Assembly: GCF_009914755.1 (NCBI RefSeq)
Contig: NC_060940.1
DNA: 64,000 bases
From: the human T2T-CHM13v2.0 reference genome, Homo sapiens
Strand: one strand, 5' to 3'
The position numbers and the translations under genes are program-made. The notes below the pieces were generated by a model. That model made no database searches, was not told where the DNA came from, and saw nothing but the letters and a program-made list of their open reading frames with translations. Shown in pieces: positions 25,516 to 42,750 of the stretch. Every line of letters begins with the position of its first letter. Within the stretch, counting starts at the first letter, position 1.

Positions 25516-26916
25516 TGACCCCTTGTCCATGTTTAAACGGGGTCCCTGTCTGTTGTTGAATCATAGTGTTCCCTGTATGATCTGGATGCAAGCCGATACT
25601 GCATGGATGACCTGCAGGTGCTCTCTGTCTCCACAGTCGCCTCTGCAGTGGGCGCTCGGGTGCCCCACATTCCCAACTGCTACAGACACAACCAAAGCCT
25701 CCCCATCCCTTCCCCCACCCCTGCCGGCAATCGCGTACAGGAGTGAGCGTGTGACTTCTTGTCCACATTTTTGTCCACAAGTTTGGCGAGTTTGCATCCG
25801 TGTCTAATAAAGAAACTACCGTTTCTCACGCAGGCACGTTCTGAACGCCCGAGTGCGGGAGCCACGTAAGACCCGGCTCAGGGACCCCGGGTGAGGCCAG
25901 CTGCACATGCAGGATGCAGGTCCTCACCACTGCCTCCGCTCGGCTGCCAGGGCTCTTCCTAGAAGACACGGGCCTCTCCTAGGCTCTCCTGACTGAGGCC
26001 CTACCCCTGCCCCCGAGTCACCTTGCCCCTTGGGGACTCTCTCTGGGCAGCTCCCTGTGGGAGCTTTGAAACCTGGCTTCAATGTCACCTGCACTGGGGG
26101 TCCTTCCAGGCCAGCCCCCTCCCCATCATCCATCTCTGTCCTTGGAGAATCATCTGCGTGTTTGTTGAACGCGGGCTCCAGTGATAACGGAGCCCTCGAG
26201 GGTGGCCCTCCTTCTGCTGAGGGCTCATGGAGGCCTTGGTGACAATCCCTAGTCCTTGCTCTCAGGATCCAGGGACCAGAAATGGGAGCCAGGGGCCCCT
26301 CCGTGGCCTGGCCAGCCCCCCAAGGAAGCTGTGTCTGTGGCAGTTGCGCTCTAAGGCATCAGGCCTAGGGGTCGCTCCAGAATGACTGTCTTCCCCGACG
26401 CCAATCCCAGGCAGGGGCCCCGGGGTCTGCGCCTGCTGTCCCTACACTCTCCCACACTCTCCTGTCATTCAGGGATGCAGGTGGGAAAGGGCAAGGCCCT
26501 GGGTGCTCCTATATTTTACATCAGTGAACCAAGCACCTACCAAGTCCCTCGATGTGCCCAGTCCTGGACCCCAGCATTTGCGAGACAGCAGCAGACCCAG
26601 GTGACCCCCAGCCAGGGTGAGTGGCAACCAGCACCAGAAGTGGCCTTTAGAGCAGGGGGCCCTGAGCTGATGACATCTACACCTAGGTCACTGCCAGCCA
26701 GGACAACCTCTGGGACAATGGGATGTCGGCTCCAACGACCAATTTACAAGAAACACAAAGGACACACTCACAGCACCACGGAGGAGACACCATGGAGGTG
26801 GCACCCCCAAGACACAGCGAGAAATCCAGGCTGCAGGAGCCAGTTTCTTCAACAAATTGCACAAGGAAAAAGAGAGGAAGGGAAGCTCCTAGACATCATC
26901 GGACATTTAAAAGACA

Positions 26917-29001
<2,085 letters not shown>

Positions 29002-31413
29002 TCAGAAGCCCCGGCTGTCCTCCACCTGGAACTGGACACAGCTGTCCCTGCTGAGCTTCAGCAGCCAGGGAGCCACAAGTGGAGAGGCACCTGCGTGAGC
29101 TCCCCAGGAAGGCTACTGGTGACACCCAGACAGCAACGCTCCTGGACCCTTAAACACCTGCCAGCAGCTGTGATCTGTGTCCTTCACCTCTCCCAGCTTG
29201 ACCCCTCTTCCCTGGGGAAAACCCAGCCGTCTCCCCGAGGAGGAGTTTGCAGGGTAGACAGCAAAATGGCTGGGCTGCCCCACAGCACAGAGGGTGGCCT
29301 GGGGGGCCAGCCAGGGCCTTCACATCCTTCCTAGGGCCCTAGTTTCCCATGGGTCCCCTCACCCCACCTTCCAGAACTCTCCCAGCGGCGGCCCCAGGTG
29401 TGTACAGAACAGCACCCACCTGCCCACGAGGTCACCCTGTGCCCTGTTGCACACTTGAGGGGCCTGGCATTCGGAATCTTGCCAGCTCAGGCTGGGACAG
29501 GCCACCAACCCCCAGGGTCCCCCTCCTCCAAACCCCAGGACCAGAGCCTAAGAGGACAACACAAGGCAGGGGCGGGGGCTCCACTGCTGTGCCAAGGGCC
29601 TGGAGAACACGGGCCTTGCTCTCCGCTCAGCAGCCACCAGCGCCCTTCTCTCCCGGACAGCTCCCGAGGGGCTGCTCTCATGGACACCATCAGGTGCTGG
29701 GAAGCAGGAACCACCAGGACCTGGACAGAGTCCCCAGTGACCGGCCTGGCAGACAGAGGAGCCCTCAGCTACAGCATCACAAACAACGGGTGGGGTAGGT
29801 CTGATGCAATTCTGTGGGTGCTGTTGCCAGGCAGGAGGAGGCCATCTCCACAGAGACAGCCGCGAGACACACGCGTCCGCAGTCAGGGAGCGCAGGAGCA
29901 ATGTGGCCCCGAGGGGCACGGGCTCCATTGGTCCAGGAGAACCCATTCTTCTCCCACCCTCGAGACCACCCAGCAAAGCCCCAAGGACACACGGCTCCCC
30001 TAAGGAAGGGTGGCCACAGGCGGGAGTGACCCAGAAACGTTACAAAACCAAATGCCAGAACCCACCCAATGTTTAGCAAGCCTGGGGATGTGCCACGTCC
30101 CCCAGGGATCCAGCACGCACCCAAGGAGACACTGTCCCGGCGAGGAGCCTGGAGCCTGGGAAATACAAGGCATCAGACTGGTCCCAAGACTCTCCCCAGC
30201 GCTGGGGACAACTGTCTGCTTATCTTAGTCCCCTGCGCCCTTTTCAATCCAACCCTGGGTCCTGGGCACCTCATAGTTCCAAATCCCTGCTATGCACATC
30301 CCGGCTGTGATGCCTGGGACAGGTCCTGTCCTGGCTGTGATGCCTGGGACAGGTCGTGTCACCTCTCCAAACCTGTTTCCTCATCTGTGAAATGCAAATC
30401 TCCACGGTCCCTATGCCTCGGATGGTCAGAGTCAGGATTCCGCATGACGACCCCCAACAGGAGCCTGGCACAGACCTGGCTCTGGGCAGCGTCTCCATAA
30501 AGGCCACCTGTTGTTTTTATCTCCCGAAAGCGAACATGACAAGGCTTTAACCCCCCACGGCAATCCGCCCTCACCCCTGTTCTCAGGATAGCCTTGGAAC
30601 CCAATAGCAGAGCGCCTGAGGCCCTTCATGACCCCAGCCCACCCGCGAGCCCACCTCCCACCCTGCCCCTACCCCTCACACCTCCCGTGGCCAGCCTCCA
30701 GCCTCATGGTCTTTGCTCACACCGTTCACCCCCCTTCTTCTGGACCCACCTCATCGCCCCTTCCTAAGCATCAGCCCAATTCTTGCACATCCATCAAATC
30801 CTTGTCCAGACACCTCCTGGAACTCTTCCCTGCAGCCCCCTACAACCATCCCCACCTCTCCGGGTACCCCGCAGCCCCAGGCCGCATCCCAATTCCTCTC
30901 CAATTAGCGACTGTTTGTCCTCCCAGCTGAGCGGGCCTCCGGGCCCCGCCCCCGCTGGCGTCTGCACAGCCCCCGGGTGGGACGTCTGTCTCCAGACCCG
31001 GGGTTTTTCGGCTCCCCCGGGCCGTGCCAACCGCGGCTCCAGGCGTTCCTTATTTAGCAGGGCCGCTGTGCCCGCGCCGGAGCCTCGCCCTGGGAGCGTC
31101 CTGGCCCGCGTCCTGCTTCCCGTCCCGGGCCAGGGAACGCGCCCACACCCGCCCGTCCCGCGGCCTCTCCCGGGTGCCGCTGGGCCCGCTACTCACAGCG
31201 CTGTGGCGTCCGCGGGGATGCGCAGCGCGGGACCGAGCGTCCGCAGCCCGCGGCCCGAGCAGTTGACGCGGCAGGCGGCGCCGGGCGCTAGGCCGCAGAG
31301 GCAGGGGGGCTCGCAAGGCCCGCAGCCGCGCCCGGGGCCCCCCGCCAGCGCCCCGAGCCACAGGCCCAGGCCCAGGGCCAGCGCCAGGCGGGCGGGCGCG
31401 GCGGGCGGCATCG

Positions 31414-31431
31414 TTAGGGCAGCGCGCGCAT
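31414..31431 (-). other. 5'UTR uORF2 (MRALP*), stop 2 nt before the main ATG
   Basis: GCCATGCGCGCGCTGCCCTAACGATG. Confidence 0.75.
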
Positions 31432-31474
31432 GGCCCCGCCGTCCCCAGGCCCGCCCGCGCGCGGAGGCCGCGGC

Positions 31475-31498
31475 TCAGGCGGGGCCGGCAGACGGCAT
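31475..31498 (-). other. 5'UTR uORF1 (MPSAGPA*)
   Basis: GCCATG...TGA, 8 codons, upstream of the main ATG. Confidence 0.75.
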
Positions 31499-31789
31499 GG
31501 CGGGCGCGGGGCTGGATGGGGCTGCGGCCGCGACCTGCTGCTGAGCGACGCCCGCTCGAGGCTCGGGGCCAGGCCGCTCCGGGAGCTTGGCCGCCCGCTC
31601 GGACGCTGGCGCTGCAGTGCGAGCCCCGCCGCGGCTCCTCCTCCTCCCCGCGCCGCGCGGGGCGGACGGGGCGCGGTGGGGGCGGGGCGGGTGCAGGCTC
31701 CGCCCCCTTCGCCACAGCGCGACCAGGCCAGCGATGAGGGACTGGCATCCGGAGGCTTCACCCTCCGCTCCACAGGGTCGGCAGCAGAG

Positions 31790-31862
31790 CGGGGCCTCCG
31801 GAAGCTCCGCCCCACGCGTTCCCGGGGCGCATGCGACGTGGGGCGGAGCGTCTGGAAGCTCC
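31790..31862 (-). ncRNA. MIR3180-4: miR-3180 family hairpin
   Basis: 5p CTTCCAGACGCTCCGCCCCACGTCG (31858-31834) and 3p TGGGGCGGAGCTTCCGGAGGCC (31814-31793) match recalled mature sequences; the -4 suffix depends on the P6 assignment. Confidence 0.7.
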
Positions 31863-32332
31863 GCCCGTCGCACTGGAGAGTCGGCCGAGGCGCACGAGGT
31901 ATTTTTCACGCTCCGCCCCACTGCAGGCTAAAGTGCGTGGGCGGGAAGCGGTGGGCAGGGTGCCATCTGGCTCCGCCCTTCTCCTGTGGTGTGGGCCAGG
32001 CGGCGGGTTCCTCCTCCTGCAGCAGCCACAGGCTCCACCCTGATCCTTCTCCCGCGGCATGGATCCTTCTCCCGCGGCGTGGATCCTTCTCCCGCAATCT
32101 CCGTGCGCGTCCCCAGTCAGTACCCGCAGCCTCCCGACGCACCCGCTGGCTCCAAGCCTCCCTACCCCAGGTTTCCTGGCTAAGAGAGAGACAGAAGGAG
32201 AGAGGGGGAAGAGAGAGAACAGGCAATGGGAGGTTGATGGTGAGAGCTTATTGAAAGACAAGAGGGAGGAAACCCACATCCTCCATTCCCCATCCATTCA
32301 TTTATTGCCTTATTTATTCCATTGAATCTTCA

Positions 32333-33093
<761 letters not shown>

Positions 33094-33304
33094 CTAGGAG
33101 CCTGAGCAGAGACCCAGATGATTATGAAAAATGCAGACCTACCCATCCTTATTCACCTGGGACCACCGTGAACTATATCATAAGAAATAAACCCCTATTG
33201 TACATACATGCACCATTCCAGTTGGGTCTATTTGTTACAGCAGTTTAGCCAACCCTAATCCACATATACAGTGTCAACAGTGGCTGAGATGACATGTTGC
33301 ACAG

Positions 33305-33410
33305 ACATGAGAGTCAGAAAGACCTGAGTTCAAGTCCCAGTGATGACATTTACTATCTGTGTGACCTTGAAAAGCTGCCTAACTACTCTCAGACCGTTTC
33401 CTCATCAGTT
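33305..33410 (+). mobile_element. MIR fragment
   Basis: gacctgagttcaagtcccag...tgtgtgaccttg...gtttcctcatc core. Confidence 0.65.
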
Positions 33411-33558
33411 TGTTTTGAGAATCAAATGAGAAAATTACTAAAAAGCCCTTAGCACTGCATCTAAGATGGGGAAGAGACAGTCAATGAATTCAAGTTTCCT
33501 GAAGCCCAGTTGCATCCCTGCCCTGTCCTGGGCTCTGAGAGACAGTTGCCGAAGCTAG

Positions 33559-33987
33559 TGTTAAAGTGAACTAAATATGGCCTGAGTGGGACTTCGTACT
33601 TCTATAGTTGAGTCCTTGTGGACAAATTGCAACCTAGCTTAATAGGTAGACAAGATTGAAAACCTAACTTAGGAGTATGCGTCTGTAACAATAGCTGAGT
33701 CTTGGCCAATCCCAGAGGCCGTAGTTCAACCGCTCATACGCTGCTGAGTGTTCAAACTGTACTCAAATAAGGCAAACGCCAACTTGTAACAATCCAGCCA
33801 TTCTGTACTTCACTTCTGATTTCTGTACATCATTTCCCTTCTTTTGTCCATAAATCTTCTTCCACCACGTGGCTGCGCTGGAGTCTCTATGAATCTGCTG
33901 TGATTCTGGGGTCTGCCCAATTCGCAAATCATTCATTGCTCAATTAAACTACTTTAAATTTAATTCAGCTGAGATTTTCTTTTATCA
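33559..33987 (+). mobile_element. Solo ERV1 LTR (MER57A-like)
   Basis: TG...CA termini, 4-bp flanks ctag/ctaa, CCAAT box, starts TGTTAAAGTGAACTAAATATGGCCTGAG as recalled for MER57A. Confidence 0.75.
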
Positions 33988-34585
33988 CTAATTTGAGCTG
34001 GTTTTCTAATGTTTGCAAATGGGAGGGCTGACTAATATAACACTGCTCCAAATATTAACGTCTTTCTCCCAACCCATCACCCAGGCAGAAGTGGTCCAGC
34101 CTGGGGAACCCTAGGAGGAGGCTAGCTCTCCTCTAGGAAGGCTTAGGATGCAGCCAGTGGGCAGTAACTGGCTCACTGTCCCCTGCAACTGAAATCAGAA
34201 CTGGTTCCAGAAACCAAGTTGACCCCCAACCAGTCTTTCCCAAAATATGGCTCTATGCCCATCTCTGGTCAGGCTGGGCTGTTTTCCTGGACAGAGAAGT
34301 CTCAGACAAGCAGGCAGTGGTTAGTGGGCTGTGCCCAGGCTGAGAACATTTCCCAGAGCAGATGGCATCTCTGGCAGTCCCTTAAAGCCAGCAGAGGCCA
34401 AGTCATGTCCAAGAGGCCAAAAGACCCAATATGGTGGAGACAGTCTACAGTCCCCATGAATAAGGGATGCCGATGCCTTCCCTATGTACCAGGTAGTCAC
34501 TGCCTGAGGGGCCCAGAGCAGCAGGAGGGCAGAGCCAGCCTGGGCAGGGGCACTGGGCCGGAAGTGGGGCTCACATCCTCAGCGC

Positions 34586-34690
34586 GCACACACACTCACA
34601 CACACACACACACACACACACACGAATGCACGCATGCACACACAAATGCACGCACGCACAGGTGCATTCAAACATCACATACACGTGTAC
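34586..34690. repeat. (CA)n microsatellite with degenerate tail
   Basis: Direct. Confidence 0.95.
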
Positions 34691-35301
34691 ATTCCTTGCA
34701 AAGTCAACTTCTGCTGATAGCACAACAAACAATGGGGCCACAGTGTGGCATGGAGGAAACCCTGGAGTCTGATCTCATTTTTTTTTTTTTTTGCATCTGT
34801 CAGGAGATAAAGATATTTGATAAAAATCCTTGAGTCACATCCCCACCAGGTCCCTGCCTACCTGTAGACCCCATCAAGCCAGCTCCATGGCCCCTCAGAT
34901 ACCGCCTCACTGGGTCCCCAGGGATTGACCTCAGTCCTGGAAATGCAGAAATATCTGTATCTGTCACAGCTGAGACTGGCGGCCTTCCGCCGGCTTTCCT
35001 GGAGGCAGAGGTGGAGACAGGGACTTGGGTGGATGTGGTTTTTGTTTTTGTTTTGAAAGGGGCTTTCAGGAGAAGGGAGGTGAGGACTACAGGATGCAGA
35101 AGGGGACAGAGCAGAGTGAGAATGTGGTCCCTTAAAGTCCCGCCTTGACCTATCCCACGAGCAGCAGAGAGCACGCCACAGGATCGTCCCCACCGTGGGG
35201 CAGGGACCAGCCATTCACGTTGCTGTATCAGTTAGTCACTGGGCCATTACTGGGCATGGCATCCCATCCCAGGCAACGTGGCTCCCATCTGAGGGTGATT
35301 C

Positions 35302-35366
35302 TCTAGAGAAGGACAGCTGTGAGCTCTCAGCAGGTGAGGCTCCAAAAGCAGCTATGCCAGTCTAGA
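35302..35366 (-). ncRNA. miR-3670-like hairpin
   Basis: AGAGCTCACAGCTGTCCTTCTCTA (35327-35304) matches recalled miR-3670; bounded by TCTAGA at both ends. Confidence 0.65.
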
Positions 35367-36051
35367 CCTCAGGGGAAGGGGGAATTCATCTCTAGGCAGG
35401 GATGATTTTCATAACATTGAACTCTTGACATGCAGGAGCACCGACCAATCAGAACAGACACGGTGACCAAACAGGCACAGCCACACCAGTGGATACCAGC
35501 GGAATGTCCACGCTGCCTCTGCGAAGGGACAGTCCCATGAGCCAAGCCCTAGACCAGCTGTTCTGGGAGCACTGCATCATTGCACTGAATTCTCACAACC
35601 GCCCCATAATGCTGGGACCATCCCCATTTTCCTGCCCAACAGCCTCCGTCTCATAGACACTAGGCGGCTCTCCCAGGGTCACACGGTCCAGTCAATAACG
35701 GGCAGAACTCGCACTCCGATCTGTCTGGCTCCAAAGCTGCTAAAAATTTTCTACTTGGCCTCACTGGCTTGACAAAGATTAAAAAAGAAGGCAAGTCCTT
35801 CTTTCCAAGAGATGCTGAGGTCCCTCGGCGACGCTAGGTCATGATTTTATCATGTTCAGAGGGCAATGAAAGGGACAGAAAACAAGCGATGTGTGATCTC
35901 CTGTCATGTCAAGAGACGCTGATTTCAAAGAAACGTACGTTTCGCAGAATCAATACGCTGTGGGGCCTCAGAAAGCTGAGGCAGACACACGGCCCCGACC
36001 CGTGCACGTGGGAGCCCTGTTACAAGAGACGGCAGAAATTAAACTGAATCA

Positions 36052-36470
<419 letters not shown>

Positions 36471-36556
36471 CAACAGAAAACAATTTGTGCCTTAATGGGC
36501 ATTCCTTTCCCTTCTTGCTAAGGGATGAGATGATGGCAGAACTTGTGGCCACTGTC

Positions 36557-36772
36557 CTGGAGGTTGACAAGCTTTTTCTGTAAAGTGCTAGATAATAAAT
36601 ATTTTGTGGGCCACACGATCTCTGGTGCAACTACACAACGCTGCCATTGTCATGCAAATGTAGCCATAGATGATGATAAATGAATGGGTGTGACTGTGTT
36701 CCAATAAAACTTTATTTATAAAACAGACAGCAGGCCAGAGTTGGGCAATGGGCAGTAGTTTGCCCCACACTC
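36557..36772. mobile_element. MER58A hAT DNA transposon
   Basis: tttttctgtaaag...gtgttccaataaaactttattt...gtagtttgcc, as recalled consensus. Confidence 0.8.
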
Positions 36773-37049
36773 CCCGCCCATCCGTCCTATTCCTTGGCTT
36801 TTTTGGGTACATCAAGGAGTGCAATCTGGATGCTGGGCTATTTTATGGCCACTGGGCATAACCTTAACCTGGGCCTTTTGTCTGTTAACCTGGGTCAGTG
36901 GCTACGGTGAAGGTCGGGCAACCAAGGTTTAGATGGCTCAGTACACATTCACGCCCACAAACCAAACCAGGAAAAAGATGTGCTAAGTTGAGCATATGAC
37001 ACTGTTGGTACTCAAATGGTTTGTTTTTTTTTTTAAATAAATGTTTAAG

Positions 37050-38500
<1,451 letters not shown>

Positions 38501-40879
38501 TCTGTTACGTATTTATGACAGTATCAGTAAAAGCCTCCCTTGAAATTTACCAATGGCATGAACATTTCAGATGAGTCTGCCATCTTTGGTGCTCCTGGGA
38601 CACGAGAGAGACCTGTCTTGCTTGCTGATCACAAAGGTGGCTTTTTCTGTGGCCAAAGCTAAGGCTGTAGGGTCTGGTAAGAAGAAAAGATGGTCATGTT
38701 CCTCGTCAAGTTTCCAGTTGGCTACTGGAGAGATCAGTCAAAGAGTACAACAATCAATCATTCGTTCATTCAAAACTTAAGTGCCTCCTATATGCCAGGT
38801 CCTGTGCTATGGAAGCAGGATTTTGATTAGACCTTTTAAAATGGGAAGCAACAAGAAAAGGGAGAAAGTCTTATCTTTGATTTCAGCCTAACCAAGGGAG
38901 GCATCACTGTTTCCTTCTTCTTTTTTCTTTTTCAGAACGACGTCCTATATTACTCCCTGACAGGGGTGAGGAGTGTTTCCTACAGTTCACAGGAAAGATT
39001 ATGCATCCATGATTCCAGTCCCTAGGCTTGGAAGAGAGGTCTGCATAATTGAGATACAGCTTGGTATGTTCTCCAGTGATACTGAGAAAAGAGTGAGGAG
39101 AGTCAAAAGGAAAAAATAATAATAGCAGCAGTTGTAAAACCTAACACATTAAACACTTACTATGTGCCGAGCACTGATCTCAGTGCTGAATAAGAATAAA
39201 CAAACAAACAAGTAACTGAGTTCTCTTACTAGAAAATAATTGTAAAGTAACGTACAAGTTTGATATTTTCTACACATGGAGTTTTAAATATGAAGCAGAT
39301 ATGAAGGTATAGTAAATAGATCAAATTATTTAAAGCAACATGTTTAAACTTTCAAATAAAACTTAAACAGAATCAGTAGTGTTCAATCAGTTCTAAGTTA
39401 TTAATACTAAGTTACTCAGTCACTCCATTAAGATTCAACAAAATGGTTTTGTTAATCAGTGGTACCAAAAATTAAATTTTGGTTTTAACCTTAGTCCTTG
39501 TTGTTAGCTCTCCTGGAATTTTTCTGAAATTTCATGAAAAGAATAAAAGAATGATTTCAGAAAAAATAAAAAATAAAAATAAACAAACAGAGCCCTTTCA
39601 TTTTCTCCTGGAGGAAGTAGCAAAAACAGCAGCCCTATGGAGAGAGAATTTCAGAACGGTATCAATGGCCTCCAAAATATCCCTGCCATTTGACTATATT
39701 CTTTGTTTTCAGAGAATCCTTTGGAACTAGCACCAAAGCTTCATGCAAAAAGCTGTGCAGCACTGGTTACAATGACCTAAAACCTGGAAGCAAACTGTGT
39801 TCCAATAGTAGGGGCTGGCTTAAATAATCTCTCGTACATACATATAAAAGAAGAATGAGGACACTCTCTACTGACATAGAACCATTTCCAAGATTAACCG
39901 TTAAGTGAATAATGCAAGGTACAGTTTTGAAATACACATTAACTATAGTCACCATAGTGTGCAATAGATCACTAAAACTTATTCCTTCTGTACCCTTTGG
40001 CCAACATCTTTCTTTCCCCATCTACCACATCCTCACCCTCTGATCACCACCACTGCTAAAAGTAGATTTTAAATGTTCTCACCACAAAGAAATGTTAAGT
40101 ATGTGAGGGGATGAGTATGTTAATTGACCTGATTTAATTATTCCACAATGTATGCACATATCATAACATCCCATTGTACCCCATAAATATATGTACTTAT
40201 TTGCCGATTGAAAATGTTTTTAAATATAAGATGCAGAAGAATGTGTGCTATCTTTTAAATTTTATGGCATATGGATGTATTAACTTTTTAAAAATTTAAA
40301 AGCAATATGTCAAACTATTTATAGAGTAGAATCCAATGATCTATGTGGGAATAAGAAAGTGTGGGAAAGAATTTTTGGGAAATGTTCACTAGTTTTGTTT
40401 GGGTAGAAGATCACTGGGTAATTCTTTCCTCCCATTTTTCTCTATTTCTAAATTTAGATGTGTGGTACAATGAAATACTTTTATCATGAAAAAAAGACAT
40501 TTTAAAATGAAAGAAATCCTGGATCCAGGCTAGGGGTTTGCTTAGATATTTAAAATCCTAGAACGCATATAAAAAGGGACTCGTGATCACAAAAGGACAT
40601 CAGAGAATGACAAAAATGTCAAAGATATGGTCAGGAAGGCATAAACCCTACACTAATTTGCCAAAACCCAAAAAGCCAATGGGCTCTCAAAATCAAGCCT
40701 TAAAGCAACTTTCAGAGGTTTGCTGTTTTAAGTGTTTGGTTAGGACTTTGCTGCAATTAACAAGAACCTCAAATCAAACTGGGTTAAGCAAAAGAAGGAA
40801 TTTATTGGCTTAAATAATCAAAAAGTTCAGGGGAAAGAAAAGACTGTCTTTAGAATAGCTTGGTCCTGTTCACTCATAT

Positions 40880-41190
40880 TTTTTCTTTTCTTTTTTTTTT
40901 TCTTAGAGATGGGGTCTTACTCTGTCACCCAGACTGGGGTCCAGAGGCATGATCATAGCTCACTGCAGCCTTGAACCCTGGGCTGCAGCAATCTTTTTAC
41001 CCCAGCCTTCCAAGTAGCTGGGACTACAGACATGTGCTACCATGCCCAGCTAATTTTTTTTTTTTTTTTTTTTTTGGTCTACAGACAGGGTCTCACCATA
41101 TCGCCCAGGCTGGTCTTGAACTCCTAGCCTCAAGCAATACTCCCATGTCAGCCTCCCAAAGTGTTGTGATAAGAGGCATGAGCCAATGGG
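40880..41190 (-). mobile_element. AluJ-type element
   Basis: Diverged reverse Alu with poly-T. Confidence 0.88.
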
Positions 41191-42289
41191 CCTAGACTCA
41201 CTTACATCTTGACTTTTTTCCTCTTGACTCAGCTCTCTACCTGGGGCACCATATTGGGGCATTCTAAATATCAGGCCCTAGGTAGTGGCTCCTAGAAGGC
41301 CATGTTCACTGTAGCTTTTTTTTTTTAAGCAGTTCTAGAAGAAAAGAGCCAAAGGTGCCTCTTCCCCAGCAGAGGCAACAGTATGCATTGCATACCAACT
41401 GAGTCACCTGCTCATTTCTGAAACAATCCCTAGAGACCTGAGAATGCAATGCCCTGAGTGGCGGGGTGGAACCAACACCATCAGAAGCGCACTATTCTAG
41501 AGGAAAAGCAGGTACCAGGAAAACAGACTGAGCATTCAGCAGCAAAACAGCAGGCAGCAGAGAAAATTGCAAATTCATGTGTGCCCATCTCTTCAAGTAA
41601 AATGAATAAATAAGCAAAATGAAAAAATATATATGTATATCATTAAGAAGAACATGAAATCTGAAATAGATGGACAGCAAGTAAGAGAACATTGCTTTAA
41701 ATGAATTCAAATTTCTAGGCCACATGCACAAGTCTCAGAACCCATGTTCATATCCATGGAGCTACCTCCAAAGACCTGAACTGTGATCCCTTTCAGAGAA
41801 ACCAAACCGGAGAGAGGCCGCTGGGGTCTCTCTTTTCACAAAGGGGATGGGTTGGAAGTTGACATCCGAGAACCAGATACAGGCATTGACTTCTGAGGAA
41901 ACTTTTTTATTAATCAGTTTTATAATTGACAAATAAAAATTGTGTATATTGTATTTATTGTGTGCAACATATTTTGAAATATATATACATTTTAAAATGC
42001 CAAATCAAGCTAATTAACATGCATGACCTCACACATTACTCTCTTAGCAAATTTCAAGAATACATTGTTGTTAACTATAGTCACCATGTTGAACCACAGA
42101 TCTCTTGAACTGATTATCTGAGGAAATTACTGAACAAATTCTAAAATAGCAGATTTATGAAGGCTTAGAGAAGATTGATCAATAAAACCTACTGTAAACT
42201 TACCAAGATCGTGTGGTACCAAAACACACTCCACAGGATTACGAGATTGGGAGCTCTAGGGAAGCCCGATAAAATCCAATTTTAAAATA

Positions 42290-42750
42290 GCACAAAAATT
42301 AACTAACTATTGGGTACTAAGCTTAGTATCTGGATGATGGGATCAGCAGAGCCCCAAACCTCAACATCAGAGAATACACCTAGGTAACAAATCTGCACAT
42401 ATACCCCCCGAATCTAAAAATATTTTTAAGGAAAAAAATATTTAAACAATCTGTTGGCCAGGTGAGATGGCTCATGCCTATAATCTCAGCACTTCAGAAG
42501 GCTGAGGTGGGAAGATCGCTGGAGACCAGGAATTCAATACCAGCCTGGGCAACATAGTGAGACTTTGTCTCTATGAAAAATACAAAAATTAGCCAGATAC
42601 AGTGGTGTACACCTGTAGTCCCAGCTACTCAGGAGGCTGAAGCAGGAGGATCGTTTCAGCCCAGGAGGTCACGGCTACAGTGAGCCATGATCCCACCACT
42701 GCACTCCAGCCTGAGTGAGACCTTGTCACTTAAAGAAGAAGAAAAAAAAG
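42290..42750 (+). mobile_element. L1P 3' end fragment followed by AluJ (42456-42750)
   Basis: ctattgggtact...gtaacaaatctgcacat; Alu motifs. Confidence 0.8.

Larger units (their letters stand above)
31197..31620 (-). pseudogene. PKD1P6: Exon 1 (209-nt 5'UTR + 215 coding nt from ATG 31411; signal peptide, LRR-NT)
   Basis: ORF 31193..31411 MPPAAPARLALALG...DATAL; donor GTGAGT at 31196-31191; UTR starts GCACTGCAGC like recalled PKD1 mRNA. Confidence 0.95.
30930..32150. promoter_or_regulatory. CpG island / TATA-less PKD1-type promoter with multiple GC boxes and an NRF1-like GCGCATGCG (31827-31835)
   Basis: Very high CpG density spanning exon 1; repeated GGGGCGG/CCGCCCC motifs at ~31680, 31698, 31805, 31839, 31911, 31971. 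Confidence 0.9.
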
